Notes: a model not told the origin generated them from the sequence alone. A DNA stretch of 64,000 nt from Alphaproteobacteria bacterium (GCA_965228895.1 OZ245842.1:4928001-4992000); one strand, 5' to 3'; shown: positions 1 through 9,688, numbered from the stretch's first letter. Program-made: numbers and translations.

Positions 1-191
1 TCCACGCCCGGCGCGACGGTGCGAGCGGGCTGCGCTATGGCCGTTTCGACGGACCTGATCATGCCGTCCGGTTTGATAGGTGTGTCGGCGACAACGCCGT
101 GCTGGCGGGAGGGGGTGGACCGTGGACCGTATGGACAAACGAACTCGACGACGAGATGGGTGAATATCTCGTCGATCAGGTAGCGCGGTAA
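1..191 (+). CDS. Possible 3' end of a gene entering the window (partial, unidentified)
   Basis: Frame 3 is open from the window edge to TAA at 189-191 (...WTVWTNELDDEMGEYLVDQVAR*) and converges on the stop of the next gene at 196; no recognisable motif. Confidence 0.35.
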   Translation, partial: HARRDGASGLRYGRFDGPDHAVRFDRCVGDNAVLAGGGGPWTVWTNELDDEMGEYLVDQVAR

Positions 192-195
192 GTCG

Positions 196-1995
196 TCACG
201 CCTGTTTGCCCGCGCGCATGCGAAGATAGCTGACCACACGATCGTTCAGGAGCTGGTAGTTGTCTCTCAGATAAGGCGTGTAGGCGATGTTCGAGAAGTC
301 GAAAAGATTCATGGCCGCGTTGGCCTCGAAGACGACGGGTCGACCATCGCGATCGATGGCGAAGTCGAAGCCTAGGACATCAAGCGGTGTCTTGGCGAGC
401 AGCGGGGCGAACACCTGGCTGCGGTCGAAACCCAAAAACTTGTCGGGGTCGGCGATGAAGGACTGCTCAACCTTGTCAAATCCGCGTTCGTGCCAGACGG
501 GCTCGCGCCGCAAGTTTTCATGGGACTGAAAGCCGAAGTAGGTGTTGACCTTATCCGGCAGGATCTCGCCACCGACAACGGCGGCCCGGCATTGATGCGC
601 GATGCCATCTTCGTTTCTACATTCGTGATACTGGATGATGTAGCTCTCTTTGATATCCGGCGAGGAGATCTGCTCGCGTAGCGAATCGGAGTCGTCGATC
701 AGGCGCATGCCCTCGCCCAGATTCGTGTGTGCCGGTCGTAACAGAACAGGCCAGATGAAGTCCGATTCAACCTCCGCCAGAATTTGGTCAACCGGTGTCT
801 CCGCCGGCGAGAAACGCCGCGTGCATGGAAACACAAAGCTTGTTTCATTGTCGAACTTGCGACTGTTGTCTTCCCGGCCGCACTGAGCCACCGCTTCGGC
901 AGGGTTGACGACGGTGACGCCGTCAAACGCGGCTACTATTTCGCCATAGTGGTCTTGTGTCTCGTCATGGACGAGCTCTTTGACCGCTAGGTTGTTGACA
1001 ATGATATCCGGGCGCGGTCCGGACCTCGCCAACCGACTAGCCGTGCCGCTCGACACAGGTGCGTGCACGACGCGTAGATCCGGTCCCGTCAGATAGGCGA
1101 TAAAGTTGTGCTCCTGGTACTGACCGAAATCTCCGCGCATGAAAAAGGCCGGACTGGCGAACTCAAGCACGAGAACCGTCAGGCCGGCACCTTCATGGTG
1201 ATTACTTGGCGCGCGAACGCTGAACGGCTTGAGATCCAAGGCCCGCTCAACCTCGACCATGGCGCCGGCGTTGTCGCCCGCACCGCATCGCGCGACCGAC
1301 AGCAAGGCCACAGTATCGAAGTGATCGGCCTCGGCAGCATCGGCTTCGTGCAACACGGGCACGGCTTCGTCATAGCGTTCCAACTGGCAGAGCGCGGCGC
1401 CGAGCAGACGCGCGTTGGCTGTCTGGGTCACGCCGAGATCACGCGCGCGTTGCGCCGCCTCGGCCGCCTCATCCAGCCGTGCACTTCTCCAGTAGAGCCC
1501 GGCCAAGCGATGATGGAGCGATCCGTCGTCGCCATGACGCGACACGACGGCCTCCAGCTTGGCAATGGCGCTCTCATAATCCGACTGCGCGACGCAGACA
1601 TCGGCGAACAGGAGGGCCGCAAACGTGCTCGTCGGAAAGCGTGTTGAGAGCGCATCGACCGCCTTTCTGGCGGCATCAAGCCGGCCCCGGCGCAGATGGA
1701 CATAGGCGGCGACATAACCGGCCGCCAAACTGTTCGCGTGTTTCGACCGCAGCGCCTTGACGACCGTGTCCGCCGCCTGATCCTTCTTGGCGCGTAGCGC
1801 GATATCGACGGCGAGACGCGCGATCTCGGCCCGATCCGGGTTCTGAACCGCGAGCGTTCGCGCGGCCATCACCGCATCCGCGACCTTGCCGTCGTCTTCA
1901 AGCTTGAGGATCTCGTCGATACGCCGGAACAACGCCTGCGGCGGCATCGCCTGTGGTGCAGGGGGTCTGGTCTTAAGGTTGCGTTTCTTCGGCAC
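196..1995 (-). CDS. TPR-repeat protein with C-terminal RimK-like ATP-grasp domain
   Basis: Ala/Leu-rich helical TPR repeats in the N-terminal half; C-terminal PVLLRP..LGEG, YIIQY, and DVLGFDFAIDRDGRPVVFEANAAM ATP-grasp motifs. Start placed at GTG 1995 (AAGGA upstream); the ORF is open to 2076. Confidence 0.75.
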   Translation of the reverse strand: MPKKRNLKTRPPAPQAMPPQALFRRIDEILKLEDDGKVADAVMAARTLAVQNPDRAEIARLAVDIALRAKKDQAADTVVKALRSKHANSLAAGYVAAYVHLRRGRLDAARKAVDALSTRFPTSTFAALLFADVCVAQSDYESAIAKLEAVVSRHGDDGSLHHRLAGLYWRSARLDEAAEAAQRARDLGVTQTANARLLGAALCQLERYDEAVPVLHEADAAEADHFDTVALLSVARCGAGDNAGAMVEVERALDLKPFSVRAPSNHHEGAGLTVLVLEFASPAFFMRGDFGQYQEHNFIAYLTGPDLRVVHAPVSSGTASRLARSGPRPDIIVNNLAVKELVHDETQDHYGEIVAAFDGVTVVNPAEAVAQCGREDNSRKFDNETSFVFPCTRRFSPAETPVDQILAEVESDFIWPVLLRPAHTNLGEGMRLIDDSDSLREQISSPDIKESYIIQYHECRNEDGIAHQCRAAVVGGEILPDKVNTYFGFQSHENLRREPVWHERGFDKVEQSFIADPDKFLGFDRSQVFAPLLAKTPLDVLGFDFAIDRDGRPVVFEANAAMNLFDFSNIAYTPYLRDNYQLLNDRVVSYLRMRAGKQA

Positions 1996-2207
1996 GCGAC
2001 TGTTATCCTTGTTGGCGGACTCGTCATCGGCACAATGGCCCCGACAAGCTTCGTCGTTTGCCGGGAACGGCCGCACGGCATTGAACGACCAGTGTGTCGC
2101 GCATTAAGCGGCACGAGTAGTGATGGTTGCCGCAGGAAGGGCTTTCTACCCCTTTTGTCGCAGCCAAAACAACTGGACCCAGGCGCTCAACCCGTTAGCC
2201 TCGCGCC

Positions 2208-3719
2208 ATGGTTGCGCACGTGACGACGGTTGCCCTGGCGGGCATCCAGGCGGTGCCGGTGGAGGTCCAGGTCTCCGTTGCCGCCGGCATGCCGTCCTTC
2301 GCCATCGTCGGACTGGCCGATAAGGCCGTCGCCGAGAGCCGGGAACGGGTGCGCGCCGCGCTCGGCGCCATTGCGCTGGCCCTGCCGCCCAAACGCATCA
2401 CGGTCAACCTCGCGCCGGCCGACCTGGTCAAGGAAGGCAGCCATTATGATCTGCCCATCGCCGTCGGCTTGATGGTCGCGCTGGGCGCGCTGCCCGCCGA
2501 TGCCGCCGAGGAATATCTCGTGCTCGGCGAACTGGGACTGGACGGGCGCATCAGCCCGGTCGCCGGCGTGCTGCCGGCCGCGATCGCCGCTGCGAGGGCC
2601 GAGAAGAACCTGATCTGTCCGGCGGCCAACGGCTCGGAAGCCGCCTGGGCCGGCGCGGTCGAGGTGGTGGCGCCCGATCACCTGCTGGCCCTGGTCAATC
2701 ACTTGCGGGGCACCCAGGTTCTGGCGCCGCCCGAGCCACAACTTGCCGACGACACCCGCGACGCGCCGGATCTCAAGGACATCAAGGGCCAGGAGGCGGC
2801 GAAGCGGGCGCTGGAGATCGCCGCGGCCGGCGGCCACAACCTCTTGATGATCGGCCCGCCCGGCGCCGGCAAATCGATGCTGGCCCAGCGCCTTGCCGGC
2901 ATTCTGCCGCCGCTGGCACCGGAAGAGGCGTTGGAGACGAGCCTGATCGCGTCGGTCGCCGGCGAACTCGCGGGCGGCCGGGTCAGCCGGCGCCGGCCGT
3001 TCCGCGATCCCCATCATTCCGCCAGCATGGCGGCCTTGGTCGGCGGTGGCATGAAAGCCAAGCCGGGCGAGGCGGCACTCGCCCATAACGGTGTTCTCTT
3101 TCTGGACGAACTGCCGGAGTTCCAGCGCCAGGTGTTGGACGCGCTGCGCCAGCCGGTCGAGAGCGGCGAATGCGTCGTCGCGCGCGCCAACCATCACGTC
3201 ACCTATCCCGCGCGTTTCCAACTGGTCGCCGCCATGAACCCCTGTCGCTGCGGTTATCTCTCCGACCCCGAACGTGCCTGCAGCCGCGCGCCACGTTGTG
3301 CCGCCGATTACCAGGCGCGTATCTCAGGCCCGATGTTTGACCGCATCGATCTGCACGTGGAGGTACCGGAGGTCGCGGCTGCCGATCTCGCCCTGCCGCC
3401 GCCCGCCGAGGGTTCAGCGGAGGTCGCCCGCCGCGTCGCCGCCGCGCGCGCCACCCAAGCGGAGCGGTATCGCGATCAGCCCGGCCTGCTGATCAACGCG
3501 CGTGCCGACGGTGAGGTTCTTGACGCCATCGCCAAACCGGATGCGCCCGGCCAACAGCTTCTGAGCGATGCCACCGACCGCTTACGCCTTTCCGCGCGCG
3601 GCTATCACCGCGTGCTGCGCGTCGCCCGCACCATCGCCGATCTTGCCGGCGCCTCATCGGTCGGGCGCGTGCACCTGGCCGAGGCACTCGGCTACCGGCG
3701 GATCATACTGGAGCGTTAG
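2208..3719 (+). CDS. comM: YifB/ComM Mg-chelatase-like AAA+ ATPase
   Basis: VGLADKAVAESRERVR, NLAPADLVKEGSHYDLPIA, Walker A GPPGAGKS, LAHNGVLFLDE, AAMNPCRCG, LSARGYHRVLRVARTIADL. Confidence 0.95.
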   Translation: MVAHVTTVALAGIQAVPVEVQVSVAAGMPSFAIVGLADKAVAESRERVRAALGAIALALPPKRITVNLAPADLVKEGSHYDLPIAVGLMVALGALPADAAEEYLVLGELGLDGRISPVAGVLPAAIAAARAEKNLICPAANGSEAAWAGAVEVVAPDHLLALVNHLRGTQVLAPPEPQLADDTRDAPDLKDIKGQEAAKRALEIAAAGGHNLLMIGPPGAGKSMLAQRLAGILPPLAPEEALETSLIASVAGELAGGRVSRRRPFRDPHHSASMAALVGGGMKAKPGEAALAHNGVLFLDELPEFQRQVLDALRQPVESGECVVARANHHVTYPARFQLVAAMNPCRCGYLSDPERACSRAPRCAADYQARISGPMFDRIDLHVEVPEVAAADLALPPPAEGSAEVARRVAAARATQAERYRDQPGLLINARADGEVLDAIAKPDAPGQQLLSDATDRLRLSARGYHRVLRVARTIADLAGASSVGRVHLAEALGYRRIILER

Positions 3720-3748
3720 GGCCGGACGCGTTTGGCAAGGCCGGCGAT

Positions 3749-3774
3749 GGGACCGGGCGCCGCCGCCCGGTCCC
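3749..3774. terminator. GC hairpin between convergent comM and the SBP gene
   Basis: GGGACCGGGCG-ccgc-CGCCCGGTCCC, an 11-bp perfect stem; no U-tract. Confidence 0.5.
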
Positions 3775-3802
3775 GGGCATCGGTATGAGACCGATCAAGA
3801 TT

Positions 3803-4762
3803 TCAGGAACCGGCCATCGCCTGATCGACCATGGGCTGCCAGACATCCTGATTGTTGTCCAACCACTCCGCCGTCGCGTCCATGAGATCGACACCGTCGT
3901 TGTCGACCCGGCCCATCAACTCTTCCTGGGTCGCGTTGTCGACCGTGAAGTTCATGATGAAGCGCGATGCCACCGGCCACTTGTCAACCATGCCGGGCCA
4001 ACCGGCCTTGAAGACGCGCGGCTTTTGCAGGCTGTACTTGTTGACCAGGTCTTCCGGGATCTCGACCCAGCCGTGGTCGTTGTCGAAAAGGGCCCAATGG
4101 GGCGCCCAGAACATCATGACCAAGGCCGACTGACGCGCCACCGAGGATTTGAGCTCGGCCACGAGCGCACCTTCGCTGCCCGCGGGAACAACGTCGAAAG
4201 GCAGACCTTCTTCGCGCACCAGGTCGCCGCCACGGCTTTGCCATTCGGCCGGATAGTCGAGATAACGTCCGTTTGGAACGGTCTCGGCCGTCGAGAAAAT
4301 CTCCGAGCAGCCCAGGAACGCATCCCAATCGGGAAGCCCAGGGCACAGTTCTTCAACGTGTTTGGGGTAGAGCCAACCTTCGCGGGCGTCGATGCCGACC
4401 TCACCAAGGTCGATGACCTCGCCTTTTTCGATCAGCGACGGCCACATCTCGCCGAGGTTGTTGTCCCATAACTCCGGCGCATAGGTGATTTCACCTTCGG
4501 CTACCGCCGGCGCCATGGCGATCGCGCCGATCGCGACATACTCAATGTTGTAACCCATGCGCTGCAAAATCTGACCGGCCAAGGCCGCGTTGATCGTCTC
4601 ACCCGTCCAGTTGTTCATGGGAATGATGATCGGATCGTCGGACTCAGGCACGTCTGCCAGTGCGCCGCCGGACAATGTCAGAACCACGATGGCGCTTGCC
4701 AACATGCTCAAGGCCAATCTTCTGGCGTAATCCATGGAAACCTCCGGTTTGTTAGCTGTCAT
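3803..4762 (-). CDS. Glycine betaine/proline betaine-type ABC substrate-binding protein (ProX/OpuAC family)
   Basis: Signal peptide (ALA|DVPES), NNWTG, GYNIEYV, PELWD, REGWLYP, LCPGLPDW, FWAPHW; the start may be ATG 4735 (MDYARR). Confidence 0.85.
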   Translation of the reverse strand: MTANKPEVSMDYARRLALSMLASAIVVLTLSGGALADVPESDDPIIIPMNNWTGETINAALAGQILQRMGYNIEYVAIGAIAMAPAVAEGEITYAPELWDNNLGEMWPSLIEKGEVIDLGEVGIDAREGWLYPKHVEELCPGLPDWDAFLGCSEIFSTAETVPNGRYLDYPAEWQSRGGDLVREEGLPFDVVPAGSEGALVAELKSSVARQSALVMMFWAPHWALFDNDHGWVEIPEDLVNKYSLQKPRVFKAGWPGMVDKWPVASRFIMNFTVDNATQEELMGRVDNDGVDLMDATAEWLDNNQDVWQPMVDQAMAGS

Positions 4763-4771
4763 GTCGCAATT

Positions 4772-4832
4772 TCAGACCAGAGTGCTCGTATCGGCATTGA
4801 CTTGGTTACAATCTGGTCTGATACTGGTCCTA
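4772..4832. promoter_or_regulatory. Divergent promoter/operator: sigma70-like promoter plus GntR(HutC)-type sites
   Basis: TTGACT(4797-4802)-17 nt-GATACT(4820-4825); perfect 10-bp inverted repeat TCAGACCAGA(4772-4781)/TCTGGTCTGA(4812-4821); TGGT half-sites every 11 bp. Confidence 0.6.
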
Positions 4833-5572
4833 TGGAAGATCCAACTAACATGGACGGCCTGACCGCGCAAGTTCTGCGCTATGACGACGTCGCCCAGCGC
4901 ATTGAGCGAGAGATCAGCGATGGCAACTTGAGCGAAGGAGATCGTCTGCTCGGCGAGCGGGAGCTGGCGCAGGTTTTGGGCGTCAGCCGGGTCACCGTTC
5001 GCCGCGCCTTGGCGAAGCTAAAATCGCGTGGCCTGGTCAAGTCCGACGAAACCCGGGGCTGGTTTGTCAAAAAGGCCGCCGTGAAAGAGCAAAACGTGCT
5101 CCGCAGCTTCACGGAACTGGCCAAGCTTCGCGGCATGACAACGCGATCGCATGTCGTCTCCCTGCAGGTGCGCGAAGCGACGATCGAAGAGTTCGAGCTG
5201 TTCAAAATCGGGGCCGGCGCGATGGTATTCGAGATCGAACGCACCCGGTTCATGAACGCAGAACCGATCGCCCTTGAGGTAAGCCGGGTTCCACAGATGC
5301 GTTGCCCCAACCTCGCCAACGCCGATCTTGAAAACGGGTCGCTGCACGCGGAACTGAGACGGGCCGGTGCCGCCCCGATGCGGGCGGACTATACACTGAC
5401 CGCCAAAGCCGCGACCGCTGAGGAAGCGGCGATGCTGGAACTTTCTCCTGGAGCGCCGTTGTTTGTCGCCAACGCGATCGCGCGAGACGCGAGGGGCGAC
5501 GCCGTCGAAATCAGCTATTCGCTGTTTCGAGCCGATCGCTACAGTTTCAACACGACCCTTGCGGCCCAATGA
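4832..5572 (+). CDS. GntR family regulator, HutC/UTRA subfamily
   Basis: wHTH GDRLLGERELAQVLGVSRVTVRRAL; UTRA domain SFTE...FRADRYSF; start 4832 or 4850. Confidence 0.9.
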   Translation: MEDPTNMDGLTAQVLRYDDVAQRIEREISDGNLSEGDRLLGERELAQVLGVSRVTVRRALAKLKSRGLVKSDETRGWFVKKAAVKEQNVLRSFTELAKLRGMTTRSHVVSLQVREATIEEFELFKIGAGAMVFEIERTRFMNAEPIALEVSRVPQMRCPNLANADLENGSLHAELRRAGAAPMRADYTLTAKAATAEEAAMLELSPGAPLFVANAIARDARGDAVEISYSLFRADRYSFNTTLAAQ

Positions 5573-5738
5573 GTGGCCGCGGTGACCTGTCCGGATGTTG
5601 ACACGGGTCAGTCGGGATCGTGCGCGGCGCGGAGGAACGTGGCGTTGCGGCACCGTGCCGATGGTCGACAAGCCCGGCCGGCACGCCATACCGATCCAAC
5701 CCGTACGTTCGAATTCGTAATGCGAGGGACCAACGACC

Positions 5739-6605
5739 ATGGCCTATAGAAGTTCTCCGCGGCCCAACTTCAAGGAGCCGACGGCAATCCCCTATGCCGA
5801 GGTTACCCGCTATCTGTGGGGCGATGACGAAGCCGGTCGGGTCAATGACTGGATTTACGCGTCGAGCGAAAAGATCCACCAGCTTGTCTTTGGGGTGCCG
5901 GCAGGTGGTGGGTTTCGTCATTCGGAGTCGTTTCGCACCATCTTCGGCGCCGACGAGGTACTGATCGTCCTGCAAGGCAGAATGGTCATCGCGAACCCTG
6001 AAACAGGTGAGGTTCAGGTGGCGGAAACCGGAGATTCCGTCCTGTTTCGTAAGGATACCTGGCACAACGCTTTTGCCCTTCCCGGCGAGGAGCTTCGCGT
6101 TCTCGAATACTTCGCGCCGCCGCCCTCAACCGGGACATCCGGCAAGTACGCACAGGCCAAACCGTTCTTGTCCGATCCGAAATTCGTGCGTGATCAGTTC
6201 TTTGGAAACTGGCCGCAAACACGCCAGGAAGCCGACGAGGCCGGACACTTCACCATGATCGGAAGGTCCGAGCGGCTATGGTCGATGTGCTCCGGCGATC
6301 CACGGGCATTGACCGGTGTCATCGCGTCTACGGACGAATTGACTGCCGCCGAGGTTGTTTTGTCACCCGGCGGTCGGACGTCGGCGAAACATCATGGCGG
6401 CGACTGCGTGATCTATGCCGACAGGGGCCGCGCCAATCTGCTGTTGCCCGAGAAAGAGGACGGCGGTCCCGACTGGTTCGAACTGGCGCCGGGCGATGGC
6501 TACTTTCTGCCGCAGGGCAGCGTGTACCAACTCTACAACATGGGTACCGAGACGGCCGGCCTGTACATCGGCGTCGCACCGACATTTCTCGGCGAGACTG
6601 TATGA
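5739..6605 (+). CDS. Bicupin protein
   Basis: Two cupin barrels: HSESFRT...ADEVLIVLQGR...GDSVLFRKDTWH and HHGGD...LAPGDGYFLPQGSVY.LYN. Confidence 0.75.
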   Translation: MAYRSSPRPNFKEPTAIPYAEVTRYLWGDDEAGRVNDWIYASSEKIHQLVFGVPAGGGFRHSESFRTIFGADEVLIVLQGRMVIANPETGEVQVAETGDSVLFRKDTWHNAFALPGEELRVLEYFAPPPSTGTSGKYAQAKPFLSDPKFVRDQFFGNWPQTRQEADEAGHFTMIGRSERLWSMCSGDPRALTGVIASTDELTAAEVVLSPGGRTSAKHHGGDCVIYADRGRANLLLPEKEDGGPDWFELAPGDGYFLPQGSVYQLYNMGTETAGLYIGVAPTFLGETV

Positions 6606-7525
6606 GTGACGCATTGCAACCCGGCGCCTCGATCGCGCTGGGTATCGATATAGGTGCGACAAAGATCGCGGCCGGTCTTGTTAACACGTCAACCGGTGCC
6701 ATCGTTGTTCAGGAACGGATTGCCACCGATCCCGAAGGAGATGCGGGCCGTATCTTCGATGACATAAAATCCTTGTCCGCGAAGCTGATCCAGATTGCAT
6801 CGGACCGTGGATTAAGCGTGCGCGGCATTGGTTTGGGACTTTGTGAGATTGTTGATCATCAGGGAGTGATCGCCAGTCACACACTTGCGAACTGGACGTC
6901 CGTCAACTTCCACCAGATTGCGGATAAAATTCCGGTAAACCTGGTATCCGATGTGCGCGCGGCGGGTTTGGCGGAGCTACGAGTTGGTTCCGCCCGTGGC
7001 GTGTCTCATGGTCTCTATGTGTCGATCGGGTCGGGCATTAGCTCTTGCCTCATTCTCGATGGAAAACCCTATGCCGGAGCCCATGGCGCGGCGTTGGTCC
7101 TGGCCACAGCGCGGACTCAATCGTCGTGCTGGCGTTGCGGTGAGACGATGACGACCAGCGTGGAGGAGATCGCGTCCGGTCACGGCATCGAGCGAACCTA
7201 TGACCCCGAGCGCCGCTACAGTGCGCGCGACATCCTGGCTCTCGCGCAGGAAGGCGATCGGCGCGCCCGGGAGATCGTGGACACGGCCGCCAAGGTGGCC
7301 GGAGAAGCCATTGGCGCTCTAGCGAACTGCACGGACCCGGAACTGATTGTCATCGGCGGCGGTCTGGGCAGCGCGAGCGAACGCTACCGGACAAACCTCA
7401 CAGAGGCGGTCCGGCAGGCCCGCTGGTCCGGGATGCCACATGAGATCCGCATCAAACCGGCGGCGATGGGCCCCGACGCGGGTCTTGTTGGCGCTGCCAT
7501 GGCCTTTCACGAGGCCCTTCATTGA
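6602..7525 (+). CDS. ROK family sugar kinase
   Basis: GIDIGATKI, SDVRAAGLAE, SIGSGIS, CWRCG, IVIGGGL, AGLVGAA; ATGA overlap with the cupin stop. Confidence 0.85.
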   Translation: MSDALQPGASIALGIDIGATKIAAGLVNTSTGAIVVQERIATDPEGDAGRIFDDIKSLSAKLIQIASDRGLSVRGIGLGLCEIVDHQGVIASHTLANWTSVNFHQIADKIPVNLVSDVRAAGLAELRVGSARGVSHGLYVSIGSGISSCLILDGKPYAGAHGAALVLATARTQSSCWRCGETMTTSVEEIASGHGIERTYDPERRYSARDILALAQEGDRRAREIVDTAAKVAGEAIGALANCTDPELIVIGGGLGSASERYRTNLTEAVRQARWSGMPHEIRIKPAAMGPDAGLVGAAMAFHEALH

Positions 7526-7572
7526 TCAGGGCGCGGCATGGCGCTCGGCTATTGGCAGATCATCTTTAAAAG

Positions 7573-8397
7573 TCAGAGCTGTTTGATCGCCGTCGCGTAG
7601 AGCACGTTGGTGTTGACCCTGTCGGCGGCGCGTTCGCGGATCGCCTTCAGGTTCGCTCGTCGGACCCGCTCGACCGCGGCCGGCTCCATTTGTTCGACGG
7701 TCCAGCGGAAGCCTGAACCGAGCACGATGCTCCACCAGTCCTCGGGCCGCGCCAACGGCTGATGACCGTCTTCGGCAATGACCAGGGCGCCTGGAATGTC
7801 GGCCTTGTTCATCGTGGCGAGCAAGGACTCCGGTTCGACGATGGTGTCCCAAGGGTTAAAGCTGCGTGCGAGATCAGGCCGCTCATCGGCCACGCTGTGC
7901 CAAAAGATGGACGCACCGGGCTCGACGAAGTCCTCGCCCCATGTGGTGATGGCAAGCGTGCCGCCGGGGCGCACCAGACGCCACAGCTCTCTTGCCTGGC
8001 GTGCGATGTCGGGCGCGAAGAAGATCGTGAAGACACAGACCACCGCATCGAAGCTTGCGTCGTCGAACGCGGGCGAGGTCATGTCGCCGTAACAAAACGT
8101 CGCCTGTGTCAGGCCGCGCCATCGCGCCTTCGTGCGCGCCTTGTCCAACAGCCGGTCGGCGATATCGACGCCGATGACCCGGCCGGCCGGTCCGACGATT
8201 TCGGCCGCCGGTAGGGCCGACGCGCCGGAGCCACAGCCGACGTCGAGCACACGCCCACCGGGCTTCAGGTTAAGCCGCTCGACGGTACGTCGGCCGTAAC
8301 GGTCCCAGAACGACAGCGGCGCATCATCGAAATGATCAGCGGCGGCGTTATAGGTGGCGGCCGACTTTTGGCGCGCCGCCTCATAGGGGTTCTGCAT
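7573..8397 (-). CDS. Class I SAM-dependent methyltransferase (UbiE-like)
   Basis: VLDVGCGSG, GVDIA, SFDAVVC, LVRPGG motifs; GAAGGA RBS. Confidence 0.9.
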   Translation of the reverse strand: MQNPYEAARQKSAATYNAAADHFDDAPLSFWDRYGRRTVERLNLKPGGRVLDVGCGSGASALPAAEIVGPAGRVIGVDIADRLLDKARTKARWRGLTQATFCYGDMTSPAFDDASFDAVVCVFTIFFAPDIARQARELWRLVRPGGTLAITTWGEDFVEPGASIFWHSVADERPDLARSFNPWDTIVEPESLLATMNKADIPGALVIAEDGHQPLARPEDWWSIVLGSGFRWTVEQMEPAAVERVRRANLKAIRERAADRVNTNVLYATAIKQL

Positions 8398-8481
8398 CGT
8401 CGCGTCCTTCTGTTGAGCTCCGATGGTCGGGACCCGGCCGCCATGACATGGCCGGGCCCCTTCCTCCTCCGGCGGCGAGAC

Positions 8482-8997
8482 CTAACTGCCGGCCTTGAGA
8501 TTGGCGATGCGGTCGCTGACCCGGTGACCCTCGTGCCACCACTTGGGCCAGCCGCCGTAGAGAATGGCGACGTCGTCATAGCCAAGAGTGCTGAGCATCC
8601 AGAACAGACGCGTGGCATGCAGGCCACCCTGGTCGCCATAAATGACAATGCGGTTGCCTTTCTGAATGTCGCGCGCGCTCAAAAGACTCACGAGTTCGGC
8701 ATCGTCCCGGAACGCGCCGTCGAACGGGCCTCGCGGATCGATGACCGTATCGGCAAACAGATGGACCGCGCCGGGAATGTGACCTTCGGCAAATGCGAAC
8801 GGGTCCCTGACATCGACGATGCGCAGGTTGTCGGTAAGGCCAAGGCCCGGCTCGTCGATCAGGACGGCGAGATCAACGGTCTCGACCAGCAGGTCGCCGT
8901 TTGGATCGTGGGCGCTCGTCGCTGTCGGCGCCATGAGTGCGGTCGCCAACAGACCGGCGGCGGTCAGGCTCAGCAATGTGTTGCGTGACGTGTTCAT
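8482..8997 (-). CDS. Exported single-domain rhodanese-like protein (no catalytic Cys)
   Basis: Signal peptide; IVDVRD, GHIPGAVH, IVIYGDQGG, ATRLFWML, LYGGWPKW. Confidence 0.75.
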   Translation of the reverse strand: MNTSRNTLLSLTAAGLLATALMAPTATSAHDPNGDLLVETVDLAVLIDEPGLGLTDNLRIVDVRDPFAFAEGHIPGAVHLFADTVIDPRGPFDGAFRDDAELVSLLSARDIQKGNRIVIYGDQGGLHATRLFWMLSTLGYDDVAILYGGWPKWWHEGHRVSDRIANLKAGS

Positions 8998-9022
8998 GAT
9001 TCTATCTCCCCCAACTGGCCGG

Positions 9023-9688
9023 CTAAGCCGGCTGCGCGACGACGCGCATATAGGGTTTCTTGGCGTCCCAGCCTTCCGGGAACTTCTTCTTCGCATCCTC
9101 GTCGGACACCGCCGGCACGATGATGACGTCTTCGCCGGGCTGCCAATTCACCGGCGTCGCCACCTGATGCCTGGCGGTCAGCTGGAGCGAATCGATGACG
9201 CGCAGGACCTCGTCGAAATTACGGCCCGTGCTCATCGGGTAGGTGATCATCAGCTTGATGCGTTTGTCGGGGCCGATCACGTAGACGTTACGAACCGTCT
9301 GGTTGTCGGCAGCGGTGCGGCCCTTCGACGACTTGCCGGCGTCCTCGGGCAGCATGTCGTAAAGCTTGGCGATATCGAGGCCGTGATCGCCGATAATCGG
9401 AAAGTTGGGCGCGTAGCCCGTCAGGTCCTTGATATCCTGGGCCCAGCTTTTGTGGTCGGCGACGGTGTCGACGCTAAGGCCCATGATCTTGCAGTCGCGT
9501 TTGTCGAACTCGTCCTTGTGGCTGGCGACATGGCCAAGCTCGGTCGAACAGACAGGCGTGAAGTCCTTGGGATGTGAGAACAGCACAGCCCAGGAATCGC
9601 CGATCCACTCGTGAAAGCGGATCTGGCCTTCGGTTGTGTCGGCAACAAAGTCCGGTGCGAAACTTCCAATTCTAAGGGTCATTTCCAT
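9023..9688 (-). CDS. 1-Cys peroxiredoxin (Prx6 class)
   Basis: FSHPKDFTPVCSTELG, TVRNVYVI, YPMSTGRNFDEVLR, ATPVNW. Confidence 0.95.
   Translation of the reverse strand: MEMTLRIGSFAPDFVADTTEGQIRFHEWIGDSWAVLFSHPKDFTPVCSTELGHVASHKDEFDKRDCKIMGLSVDTVADHKSWAQDIKDLTGYAPNFPIIGDHGLDIAKLYDMLPEDAGKSSKGRTAADNQTVRNVYVIGPDKRIKLMITYPMSTGRNFDEVLRVIDSLQLTARHQVATPVNWQPGEDVIIVPAVSDEDAKKKFPEGWDAKKPYMRVVAQPA

Noticed and set aside
2208-3719. comM as an integration hotspot for mobile elements
   Set aside because: The gene is intact, and no recombinase or att duplication is visible
5700-5725. GTTCGAAT as a tRNA T-loop
   Set aside because: No T-stem, acceptor stem or cloverleaf can be formed
8457-8472. CCTCCTCC tract as a cuckoo (CcsR-like) sRNA
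   Set aside because: A single occurrence, not presented in a clear hairpin loop, with no repeated modules
7573-8997. Rhodanese and methyltransferase are in the same frame, separated by one TAG and 28 sense codons containing a hairpin (possible readthrough fusion)
   Set aside because: The frame match has a 1-in-3 chance and stop-free GC-rich spacers are common; the methyltransferase has its own RBS; no pyrrolysine machinery is visible
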